Positions 10,046 to 17,222 of a stretch of DNA of 24,545 nt are shown here, one piece after another. Every line of letters begins with the position of its first letter. The first letter of the stretch is position 1. Both the position numbers and the translations under genes were made by a program. The notes beneath the pieces were generated by a model. The model saw only the letters and a list, made by a program, of their open reading frames with translations, was not told the origin of the DNA and did not search any database. Source of the DNA: a virus (lineage: Duplodnaviria; Heunggongvirae; Uroviricota; Caudoviricetes); the IMG/VR virus record IMGVR_UViG_2579778797_000010, one strand, 5' to 3'.

Positions 10046-10286
10046 GTGGTGGGCGTTCGGAATAAGGCAGCCTGACAGAGATTATCCAGTGCCGATAGTC
10101 GAGACTGAGAGCTTTCTTAACCTCGAACCCGCGCCTGCGGTAAGAATGAATCAGCCATTCGGCCTGTTCTGCAGTGCATGGAGGGTGCTGGAACCATTCA
10201 GACTTGAATGCGTGAGAATACCGCCCGTGCGTGCAGGCAAGAACGGGCGAATTATCAGAATTGTAATATTTTGCGTTGCGTGCCAT
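10008..10286 (-). CDS. rem: Rem-like small protein
   Basis: ATG at 10284-10286; product MARNAKYYNSDNSPVLACTHGRYSHAFKSEWFQHPP... Overlaps the upstream ORF by ~38 nt. Confidence 0.6.
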   Translation of the reverse strand: MARNAKYYNSDNSPVLACTHGRYSHAFKSEWFQHPPCTAEQAEWLIHSYRRRGFEVKKALSLDYRHWIISVRLPYSERPPRASRTFQQRIWR

Positions 10287-10352
10287 CGGTTTTCTCCGGT
10301 GGCACGGTGTTACTCAGCGGGAGTTCAGCCCCGCGCAAGATTGTAGATGAGT

Positions 10353-10604
10353 TTATTCTCCTGAAAAAGCAGAAAAGCCAGCTTTTATTCCGATCTCTTT
10401 CAATGCCTGTAATGAAGTGACAAACTCACCTTCGCGCAAGATAAATCCGTCCGTGACCCGAGCATCCACAAAATTAATTAACGCAGCCCCATTCTTTCGC
10501 AAACACATAATGCGGTAATGACTAACAAGATTTCCATTTTCAACGCACACAGCATAGAGGCCATCTTCACAAAAAATTTTACGCAGTTCTTCGATGTTCA
10601 TCAT
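10353..10604 (-). CDS. Hypothetical protein (83 aa), no family recognised
   Basis: Tandem ATGs at 10599-10604 with GGAAGG 8 nt upstream; sits between the relBE-hokD terminator and rem. MMNIEELRKIFCEDGLYAVCVENGNLVSHYRIMCLRKNGAALINFVDARVTDGF... Confidence 0.5.
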   Translation of the reverse strand: MMNIEELRKIFCEDGLYAVCVENGNLVSHYRIMCLRKNGAALINFVDARVTDGFILREGEFVTSLQALKEIGIKAGFSAFSGE

Positions 10605-10719
10605 CAGAATCCTTCCGGATAATTAGCTCTCCCCTTTAAGGGACCATCCCTCTTATCCCTGCGCGCTACTTAAGTATTTTTGATTCTATTCCGGCACCGT
10701 CCAGAACTTCAAACGCGTT

Positions 10720-10752
10720 GAAAATAAAAACAAAAACCCGCCGAAGCGGGTT
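10720..10752 (-). terminator. Intrinsic terminator of the relB-relE-hokD operon
   Basis: Minus strand: AACCCGC-TTCG-GCGGGTT followed by TTTTGTTTTTATTTT. Confidence 0.6.
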
Positions 10753-10820
10753 AAGTGCGGGTGCGTTGAGGATGCCTGCCACATCAGAGGTGGCGAGGGA
10801 TTTCTCCCCCGCCGGGTCTC

Positions 10821-10976
10821 TTACTCCTCAGGTTCGTAAGCTGTGAAGACAGCGACCTCCGTCTGGCCGGTTCGGATTCGTACCTCGCAGAGGTCTTTCC
10901 TCGTTACCAGTGCCGTCACTATGACGGTTAAACAGATGACGATCAGGGCGATTAACATCGCCTTTTGCTGCTTCAT
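10821..10976 (-). CDS. hokD: Hok-family membrane toxin HokD (RelF)
   Basis: Hand-translated codon by codon to MKQQKAMLIALIVICLTVIVTALVTRKDLCEVRIRTGQTEVAVFTAYEPEE (51 aa); below the ORF-track cutoff. Confidence 0.95.
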   Translation of the reverse strand: MKQQKAMLIALIVICLTVIVTALVTRKDLCEVRIRTGQTEVAVFTAYEPEE

Positions 10977-11047
10977 AGCCTGCTTCTCCTGTCAACGCAA
11001 AGCAGAAGTGTCACCTTCGGTGCGAAACAGAGATGTCATGCTTTGGT

Positions 11048-11335
11048 TCAGAGAATGCGTTTGACCGCCTCGCTATATACTTCCGAGCGTTCTCTTTTCC
11101 CAACAGAAATCACGAAAACGACAACTTTCTCGTCTATAACCTGGTATACAAGGCGATAGCCTGAAGACCGGAGCTTAATCTTGTAACAATCAGGCATACC
11201 ACGGAGCTTGTTTGCTTCAATCCGGGGTGACTCAAGTACTTCAACCAGCTTCTTTTTCAACTGTTCACGTACCGTCGAGCCCAGCTTTCGCCATTCCTTT
11301 AGTGCCCGCTCGTCAAAATCCAGAAAATACGCCAT
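11048..11335 (-). CDS. relE: RelE mRNA-interferase toxin
   Basis: 95-aa product MAYFLDFDERALKEWRKLGSTVREQLKKKLVEVLESPRIEANKLRGMPDCYKIKLRSSGYRLVYQVIDEKVVVFVISVGKRERSEVYSEAVKRIL. Confidence 0.95.
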   Translation of the reverse strand: MAYFLDFDERALKEWRKLGSTVREQLKKKLVEVLESPRIEANKLRGMPDCYKIKLRSSGYRLVYQVIDEKVVVFVISVGKRERSEVYSEAVKRIL

Positions 11336-11574
11336 CAGAGTTCATCCAGCGTCACACGTACTGGCTTAGGATTACGAAGCCGTTCTTTCACTATCTCCAC
11401 AAGTTCAGCATCTTCATCACTCAGGAGTGTCTGTTTGAACGGCAAGCGTTCATTGTCAGCGATATACTCGAGCATGAGACGAAGCGCTTCAGAAGGAGTT
11501 ACACCCATTTTTTCAAGCGCGGCGTAAGAACGCGCTTTAAGTTCATCGTCAATACGCAGGTTAATGCTACCCAT
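11335..11574 (-). CDS. relB: RelB antitoxin
   Basis: 79-aa product MGSINLRIDDELKARSYAALEKMGVTPSEALRLMLEYIADNERLPFKQTLLSDEDAELVEIVKERLRNPKPVRVTLDEL; stop overlaps the relE start. Confidence 0.95.
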   Translation of the reverse strand: MGSINLRIDDELKARSYAALEKMGVTPSEALRLMLEYIADNERLPFKQTLLSDEDAELVEIVKERLRNPKPVRVTLDEL

Positions 11575-11585
11575 GTCTTACACCT

Positions 11586-11611
11586 CTTGTAATTACAAAT
11601 GTCATTACAAG
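11586..11611. promoter_or_regulatory. relO-type operator palindrome in the relBE promoter
   Basis: CTTGTAATTACAAATGTCATTACAAG: inverted CTTGTAAT / ATTACAAG arms immediately upstream of relB. Confidence 0.65.
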
Positions 11612-11904
11612 TATCGCACTACAACATGCTTAGGGCAAGTCACGAAGGAAGTCAGAAAGTAGTCGTAAGAACGGTGATCACTGTCCGCTTTGTGCCAGGA
11701 GCAGCCATTGCTAAGTCCATCCTGTATTGTGCAGGTCAGCTCGTTTTTAAAGAGTCCGGCCATCATCTTACTGGTACAGACACCATATACTTTGTGACGG
11801 TCAGGCTACATATGCACAACTCAACTTATTCATCTATTTTTTGCTTTAGCATGTCAGTGTTGCTTTCTCGTCGGCGGGTGAGCGGTGACCTGACCTGTCG
11901 ATAA
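11599..11904 (+). CDS. Hypothetical ORF divergent from relB (ydfV position); coding status doubtful
   Basis: 101-codon ORF whose ATG lies inside the relO operator; low-complexity, non-protein-like composition. Confidence 0.25.
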   Translation: MSLQVSHYNMLRASHEGSQKVVVRTVITVRFVPGAAIAKSILYCAGQLVFKESGHHLTGTDTIYFVTVRLHMHNSTYSSIFCFSMSVLLSRRRVSGDLTCR

Positions 11905-12056
11905 AGGAACGTAGCACGTTTTATGCAACACCCGCATGCGGCAGAAAATTATTGCCGAACGTTTACCCCTGTCAACAAGCTTTACTTTCTGAGGCGCGCC
12001 AGCCCGCGAGGAAAACAATCTGAACATCAAACAATTAATGACACAAGAAATACGAT

Positions 12057-12083
12057 TAAAGATTTTTTTGTGCATGCCGATAG
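12057..12083 (+). promoter_or_regulatory. Sigma-28 (FliA) promoter of flxA
   Basis: TAAAGATT, 11 bp, GCCGATAG matches the sigma-28 consensus TAAAGTTT-N11-GCCGATAA; ~24 bp upstream of the flxA ATG. Confidence 0.65.
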
Positions 12084-12106
12084 TGCTTTTTTAAAAGGAG
12101 AAATCT

Positions 12107-12439
12107 ATGTCTGTCACAATTCAGGGAAATACCTCAACCGTTATTTCAAACAACTCCGCCCCGGAAGGAACATCAGAAATAGCCAAAATCACAAGACAAA
12201 TTCAGGTGCTGACTGAAAAGCTTGGGAAAATCTCATCGGAAGAGGGGATGACGACACAGCAGAAAAAAGAAATGGCTGCATTGGTACAGAAGCAAATTGA
12301 AAGCCTCAGGGCTCAACTGGAGCAGTTGTTAAGGCAGCAGGCAGAGAAAAAGAATAAAGACGCGACAGTTCAGCCTGATAAAAAAGAAGAGAAAAAAGAC
12401 GATACAAATACCGCTGGCACCATTGATATTTACGTCTAA
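12107..12439 (+). CDS. flxA: FlxA (FliA-regulated protein)
   Basis: 110-aa product MSVTIQGNTSTVISNNSAPEGTSEIAKITRQIQVLTEKLGKISSEEGMTTQQKKEMAALVQKQIESLRAQLEQLLRQQAEKKNKDATVQPDKKEEKKDDTNTAGTIDIYV. Confidence 0.95.
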   Translation: MSVTIQGNTSTVISNNSAPEGTSEIAKITRQIQVLTEKLGKISSEEGMTTQQKKEMAALVQKQIESLRAQLEQLLRQQAEKKNKDATVQPDKKEEKKDDTNTAGTIDIYV

Positions 12440-12453
12440 GTGACAGCCGTATT

Positions 12454-12476
12454 GTGGCCCTCATCGGGCCACTTTT
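12454..12476 (+). terminator. Intrinsic terminator of flxA
   Basis: GTGGCCC-TCATC-GGGCCAC followed by TTTTCG. Confidence 0.7.
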
Positions 12477-12639
12477 CGCCATCAGCCTTTTCTTTAAAGA
12501 CATATTATCTTTGTATCATTTCTGATAGTTAACATTACAAGATATAAGTAATGGACGCACTCCCAATTAGTCTATTTAAATCGCCACGAGTTTAACTGAC
12601 AACCCATGATCAATTATGAATTGCAACTATTTCTGTAGT

Positions 12640-14280
12640 CACTTTTGTGGGGACAGTCCACAAAACTGCCAACTTCCGCTTCTTGCTCTTAGCGGACATT
12701 AGCATAGGCTATTTACCATAACGCCTCATTACGCGCACCGCCCAGACTGACTCAGCGCGTTTCTGGCATATCCCCGGTAAAACAAGTAACAAACCACCCG
12801 AAAATGAACACCAGAAACGCGACTTAAGAATCTACCCTATGAATGGATATGCACTCAACCGAATCGATCTTGGTTTCAATCTATTTTATCGGGATCAGGC
12901 TTCTTTTTAGGTAACTTCGGGGGCTTAACTTGCTGATGACTTTGCGTTCGGCGCGTAAGCCAGGGATGGTCAGCTTTAGATTTAACATAGTATTTTGAGC
13001 GTAAATCAATACGGGCATTATCCACTCGTTCATGGACACTCTTTTCATCATCCAGTGGTATAGGCTCCGGGCCATCAACATACTTTTCCCAGCCCAGCGC
13101 TTTCCCGTCATACAGAACGTTAATTTCACCGTCAAAGTTCTCACATACAGTAACAACTGAATGCCTAAGTCGATATCCCCGGCCCTCACTGCGTACCTGA
13201 AACGCACTGCTTTTGTACTGGAAAGTGAGATTTTTAGACAGAACGCGCTTCGCCTGTAGGCTGAAGATATAACCCAGTTCCTCTTCAGAATGGTGCACAT
13301 CAAGATGAGCATTATCAGTAGTACGAGGCGACGTAGCGAACCGGTTGTTATAGGCTTCAATAAAGGTCGGCAACCATGCATTTGCTGTTTCAATATCACT
13401 GATATTCTGAAGCCGCATTTCTTTGACCAGCCTGTCCTGTAGTGTCTGATTGGCGCGCTCTACCCGCCCTTTTGCCTGCGGGCTGTTGGCATGGATTGGC
13501 TCGATGCCCAGTGTCTTTATCGCACGAGTGAACTGGGTCAGCTCACCTTCCCGCTCTGGGTTATTTACCCTGAATATACTGTGTCTATCAGAGTAGAGAG
13601 CGAGCGGTACGCCATGATCATTAAGGTAACCCCGGAGGGTTTCCATGTAAGCCCGGGTTGTTTCAGCAGGCACAAAACGCAACGCCATCAACGCACTGGT
13701 GGCATCATCAATGAAAACGATCAGTGTACATCTGGGGCCTCGATTTTCAAACCAGTCATGAGGTGAGCCATCAATCTGGATCAGTTCACCGTAAGATGGT
13801 CGTCGCATGCGGCGTTGATATATACGGGCAATTTTACGACGGCGTTCACGCCATAACCCCTCTTCTATCATCCACTTTCTGAGAGTTTCAACGGATAAAG
13901 ATAAACCGTGTATCTCGCGCAATTTTTCGCACGCAAACGTAGGTCCAAAATCAGCGTAACGGCCTTTGAGGAGTGAAATTACTGTTGCTCTGAATTCAGT
14001 AGAAAAGGAATTATTAGGACGCTTTCCACGTCGGTGGGAAACCAGACCAGAAGGCCCTTCATTTCTATACCGTTGCACCAGACGTTTAACCTGCCGAATA
14101 GAAATGCCAATGCGTGCCGCAGCTTGTTCCTGAGTAATATGTCGATTAATTGACTCCTGAATAATCTGAAGTCGGTGGAGTTCCTTATGACTCATCGTAA
14201 CAGTCTCTTTGATCATGAAAAATCCCCCAGAGAATTGTCTGGGGACATTTTAGAATGGTTCAAAGGGGACATTACAGCTT
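12640..14280 (-). mobile_element. Insertion element carrying an rve/DDE transposase (IS481- or ISNCY-like); boundaries approximate
   Basis: Single large transposase gene with HTH N-terminus. GGGGACA motifs at 12648-12654 and at 14241-14247 and 14265-14271. Terminal inverted repeats could not be resolved by eye. Confidence 0.45.
12876..14216 (-). CDS. DDE transposase with integrase-core (rve) domain and N-terminal HTH
   Basis: 446 aa; HTH (ITQEQAAARIGISIRQVKRLVQRY), catalytic candidates in ELIQIDGSPHDW, ALYSDRHSIF and PQAKGRVERANQTLQDRL (D, D, E spacing typical of retroviral-integrase-type transposases). Confidence 0.85.
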   Translation of the reverse strand: MIKETVTMSHKELHRLQIIQESINRHITQEQAAARIGISIRQVKRLVQRYRNEGPSGLVSHRRGKRPNNSFSTEFRATVISLLKGRYADFGPTFACEKLREIHGLSLSVETLRKWMIEEGLWRERRRKIARIYQRRMRRPSYGELIQIDGSPHDWFENRGPRCTLIVFIDDATSALMALRFVPAETTRAYMETLRGYLNDHGVPLALYSDRHSIFRVNNPEREGELTQFTRAIKTLGIEPIHANSPQAKGRVERANQTLQDRLVKEMRLQNISDIETANAWLPTFIEAYNNRFATSPRTTDNAHLDVHHSEEELGYIFSLQAKRVLSKNLTFQYKSSAFQVRSEGRGYRLRHSVVTVCENFDGEINVLYDGKALGWEKYVDGPEPIPLDDEKSVHERVDNARIDLRSKYYVKSKADHPWLTRRTQSHQQVKPPKLPKKKPDPDKID

Positions 14281-14669
14281 GGTGTTAACAATAGCCTGCT
14301 TCTCCTTGCCTTCCGGCACTCGCGACAGATTATGTTTAGACGACTGTCGTAGCGACGTATTTCTCCGTCAGGTAATGACCAGATAAGGTCCGGATCAACC
14401 ACAGCAGGTTTCTTCACCTTTGCCCTCGAGAGTTTTTTGCGGGCGTTTTGCCAGTCCTTACGCGCCTGTTCAGACGGGAATAACCCGTAACCAGAGCTGT
14501 ATACATCGCCACTGGCAACCAGCTCTCTGGCCAGAACGCTCATCAGATATCTTGTTGCCCCAGTTTTAGCTTCCAGTTGTCGTAACGTCTCGCGCCCACT
14601 CTGGCGTACGAGTTCCACCACCTGCCCTTTAATTTTTTCCCGCTCTTCTTGTGTAAAAACTTTTGCCAC
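14250..14669 (-). CDS. Hypothetical protein (139 aa) co-transcribed downstream of the replication initiator; C-terminus may be altered by the IS insertion
   Basis: GTG start at 14667-14669 with strong AGGAGG SD, 40 nt after the rep stop. Last ~9 codons are encoded by the GGGGACA-containing sequence next to the transposase. Confidence 0.5.
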   Translation of the reverse strand: MAKVFTQEEREKIKGQVVELVRQSGRETLRQLEAKTGATRYLMSVLARELVASGDVYSSGYGLFPSEQARKDWQNARKKLSRAKVKKPAVVDPDLIWSLPDGEIRRYDSRLNIICRECRKARRSRLLLTPSCNVPFEPF

Positions 14670-14709
14670 AAGTCCTCCTGAACATTACTTTATACCCTAA
14701 AATCAACAC

Positions 14710-15675
14710 TTATCCCCTGAAACCAGGCGGAATTTCTGTATCCGGTTCAGAAATATGATTCACACAACGCTGTACAGGTGAACGTCCCAGGCGGATGACC
14801 AGTTCGTCCCATTTTTCGCGGAGTTTTGACGGGCTCATGATGTTTTTTACCCAGAATTGATCTCGCTGTACCCGACCAAACATTTCGCAAATTTGTCTGT
14901 GGCTTCTGCCATCCAGCATCCGCATTGTGCGCACGTCATTGGCCCAGGCTGTCCAGTTAGGCTCTTTTGGTCGCATGATCTCTCCATCGTCGCTGGCAGC
15001 CTGTTCGTAAAGGTTCACGATCCGCCCCCAAATCCACTGCGCACACGCCAAATCCTCCCTGCTACCCCACTGGCGTTTTTTCGCACTAAACACAACCGCG
15101 TCGGGGTTCCGGGTTAAAAAATCCTGTTCAGCGGTCTGCGGGTCCGGTTGCGAAGCTTCCGGACGAAAAGTGTTTTTATTCTCTGTAGTAATCTCTGTTG
15201 TATTCTCTGTAAGATTATCAGGCCATTTTGACCCGATGACATTGGGTCGTTTTGAACCAATGGAGCGTTTCATTTTGACCTCTTCCATCGTGTCATTTTG
15301 ACCTGATGGAGCGGCGCATTTTAAACCGATGGATTCGCTCAATTTGCCACCATCTAAAAGCTCGCTCCCGTAGTTGATCGTGTAGAAATTGGTCATATCG
15401 CGCTTTGATTTATTGAGCTTTTCACAACGCAAAAGCCCCAGCGTTTTCAGACTTGCAAACGCGCGCTTTAACGTTGACTCTGACCAGAATGGGAACTGTT
15501 CCAGCCATTGTTCCGTTGTGTTGTAAATCCAGCGAACACCATCACATTCCATGCCGGAATTGGTATCTCTCAACCAGTAATGCAACTGCTGCAACACAAT
15601 GGCTTCATTTAAGCCAATCTTCATCGCAAGCTGTGTGTTTATAACCAGTGGGCGTTCAGCAAAAAGAAGGCTCAT
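14710..15675 (-). CDS. Phage replication initiator (lambda O-like, origin-binding; ori iterons embedded)
   Basis: 321 aa from the ATG at 15673-15675 (alternative TTG at 15729). N-terminal winged-helix-like region; the coding sequence contains six ~23-bp iterons, as ori-lambda does inside O. Confidence 0.6.
   Translation of the reverse strand: MSLLFAERPLVINTQLAMKIGLNEAIVLQQLHYWLRDTNSGMECDGVRWIYNTTEQWLEQFPFWSESTLKRAFASLKTLGLLRCEKLNKSKRDMTNFYTINYGSELLDGGKLSESIGLKCAAPSGQNDTMEEVKMKRSIGSKRPNVIGSKWPDNLTENTTEITTENKNTFRPEASQPDPQTAEQDFLTRNPDAVVFSAKKRQWGSREDLACAQWIWGRIVNLYEQAASDDGEIMRPKEPNWTAWANDVRTMRMLDGRSHRQICEMFGRVQRDQFWVKNIMSPSKLREKWDELVIRLGRSPVQRCVNHISEPDTEIPPGFRG
15224..15354. repeat. Origin-type iteron array: six direct repeats at ~23-bp spacing (core CATTTTGACC) inside the rep gene
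   Basis: Copies start at 15224, 15248, 15271, 15294, 15317 and 15340. Preceded by three 12-bp direct repeats CTCTGTNNNANT at 15181-15216. Confidence 0.75.
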
Positions 15676-16177
15676 AATTCCATCCAGCTTTTTGTTGGTA
15701 TTGCTGTCGATACGCAAGTTTGAAAGCAATTGCTTTTTCTATAAGTTCGTCAGTTTCACGATCCACTACGGCAGGATCAGCAAAAAGCAGTCCGGACTCC
15801 ACCACATCGCCATATTCTTTGTTTAACCCGGCGATCATGTACGTGATGCTTTTTCCGTCACTAATTTCACGATACAACCTGAAATCATTAATCCGAATAG
15901 CCTCCATAATTGCAGGCACTAGCGCCGTGAACTTTTCACGCTTATCCCTGGTGTCGATAGCCTTCCAGCGTTCGAATATCTTCACTCGATTAACGCCAAG
16001 TGCTCGCTGATCAACCGCGCCACCTTCATCTGTGACACGCTGAACATCGATGTTCGGGCGCTCTTTCAAAGCCCAGAATGCTTCAGTGATTAATATCGTC
16101 GCCTGCTCCTGTGTCATTCCTGGTCGACATATCCAGGCATCCAGAGCCTCACGAGCCTGTTCAGGAGTGATTTTCAT
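15656..16177 (-). CDS. YdaT-like protein (CII analogue of Rac-type immunity regions)
   Basis: 173 aa, ATG at 16175-16177, directly downstream of the Cro-like dicC; contains a motif (KREKFTALVPAIMEAI) resembling what I recall of Rac YdaT. Confidence 0.5.
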   Translation of the reverse strand: MKITPEQAREALDAWICRPGMTQEQATILITEAFWALKERPNIDVQRVTDEGGAVDQRALGVNRVKIFERWKAIDTRDKREKFTALVPAIMEAIRINDFRLYREISDGKSITYMIAGLNKEYGDVVESGLLFADPAVVDRETDELIEKAIAFKLAYRQQYQQKAGWNYEPSFC

Positions 16178-16388
16178 TGTTCAACCGCCCCGCCCGCTTC
16201 GTCTTACGATATTCGTCATAAACCTTGGGATCATACAGAAGCTCGCCGCCAGATGCCTCCTGTAGACGCATCGCGCGACCTTCAGGAACCAGCTCTTGCC
16301 ATTGAGAAACAGCAGATGGGTCAACGCCAGCAGCTTTCGCTACTTTGGCTTTCGTACCGTAAAAATTAATTACGTCTGATTTAAACAT
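16161..16388 (-). CDS. dicC: Cro-like repressor DicC
   Basis: 75 aa from the ATG at 16386-16388: MFKSDVINFYGTKAKVAKAAGVDPSAVSQWQELVPEGRAMRLQEASGGELLYDPKVYDEYRKTKRAGRLNNENHS; divergent from dicA. Confidence 0.85.
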   Translation of the reverse strand: MFKSDVINFYGTKAKVAKAAGVDPSAVSQWQELVPEGRAMRLQEASGGELLYDPKVYDEYRKTKRAGRLNNENHS

Positions 16389-16397
16389 CGCACCCCC

Positions 16398-16419
16398 AAT
16401 ATTGAGTTTTCTCAATACT
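16398..16419. promoter_or_regulatory. Operator-like palindrome in the dicA-dicC divergent promoter region
   Basis: AATATTGAG-TTTT-CTCAATACT inverted repeat centred in the 78-bp intergenic region. Confidence 0.45.
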
Positions 16420-16465
16420 AATCACTCAAGGAATCTCAAGTCAAGGGTTATTAAGATATCTAAAT

Positions 16466-16873
16466 ATGAACGAGAAAACTTTAGGTCAACGCATTAGAGA
16501 AAGACGTAAGCAGGTAGGCTTAAGTCAAAACGGTTTAAGCAAAGCTGCTGGCGTATCTGGCTCATCAATTTCATTATGGGAAAGTGACCATACAGCCCCG
16601 CGCGGGCAAAATTTGCATCGCCTCGCCGAGGTATTGCAATGTTCACCAACTTGGATACTGTTTGGCGACGAGGACAAAACACCAGCTCCCCCTGTTTCAC
16701 TCGATAGTGCCTTAGACTTATCGGAAGATGAGTTAGAGATGCTGCGTTTGTATCGCGCACTTCCTAAATCAGAGCAACAAGCACAACTCAGCGAACTCCG
16801 CGCCCGCGTTGAGAATTTTAATCGCCTGTTCACCGAGCTATTAGAGGCTCGCAAACGCAACAAGCATCAATAA
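16466..16873 (+). CDS. dicA: CI-like XRE-family repressor (DicA homologue)
   Basis: 135 aa; N-terminal XRE HTH (LGQRIRERRKQVGLSQNGLSKAAGVSGSSISLWE); C-terminal half shares the QCSPTWILFGDEDK motif with DicA. Confidence 0.75.
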   Translation: MNEKTLGQRIRERRKQVGLSQNGLSKAAGVSGSSISLWESDHTAPRGQNLHRLAEVLQCSPTWILFGDEDKTPAPPVSLDSALDLSEDELEMLRLYRALPKSEQQAQLSELRARVENFNRLFTELLEARKRNKHQ

Positions 16874-17065
16874 TCATCCCTTCACAAAATTTTAAAGCCT
16901 TACATTTCAATGTATTGGCTTTATCTTGCGCCAACACTTGAGTTTTCTCATCAAAAAAACTTGACGAAAAATAATGAGAAAACTAAATTACCTCCATCAA
17001 GACACCGCACGGTGTTCTCAGCAAACAGTTCCGCTACCCCGGCGTTAAGGGGAAATGAGGTCAGC

Positions 17066-17221
17066 ATGGATACTATCGATCTTGGCAACAGCGAATCTCT
17101 GGTATGTGGCGTGTTCCCCAACCAGGACGGCACGTTCACCGCGATGACGTATACCAAAAGCAAAACGTTTAAAACCGAAAATGGTGCCCGTCGCTGGCTG
17201 GAAAGAAACTCAGGTGAGTGA
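17066..17221 (+). CDS. ydfA: YdfA small protein
   Basis: 51 aa from the internal ATG at 17066 (GAGG SD): MDTIDLGNSESLVCGVFPNQDGTFTAMTYTKSKTFKTENGARRWLERNSGE. Confidence 0.8.
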   Translation: MDTIDLGNSESLVCGVFPNQDGTFTAMTYTKSKTFKTENGARRWLERNSGE

Positions 17222-17222
17222 T

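Noticed and set aside
10843-11159. Plus-strand ORFs (73 and 64 aa) antisense to hokD and relE
   Set aside because: No RBS and non-protein-like sequence. An antisense Sok-type RNA at a hok locus is conceivable, but I could not identify a promoter or terminator for one, so none is called.
12881-13399. 172-aa ORF inside the transposase gene in another frame on the same strand
   Set aside because: Fully embedded in the transposase coding region with no RBS; the transposase frame has the recognisable HTH and DDE motifs.
14857-15117. 86-aa plus-strand ORF inside the replication initiator gene
   Set aside because: Antisense to the rep gene; no RBS, Pro/His-rich translation.
15181-15354. Possibility that the direct repeats are a CRISPR array
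   Set aside because: Repeats are ~23 bp with essentially no spacers, lie inside a coding region, and no cas genes are present; they fit origin iterons.
16494-16863. Two minus-strand ORFs (88 and 112 aa) overlapping dicA
   Set aside because: Antisense to dicA, which has a clear XRE HTH; Ser/Arg-rich low-complexity translations.
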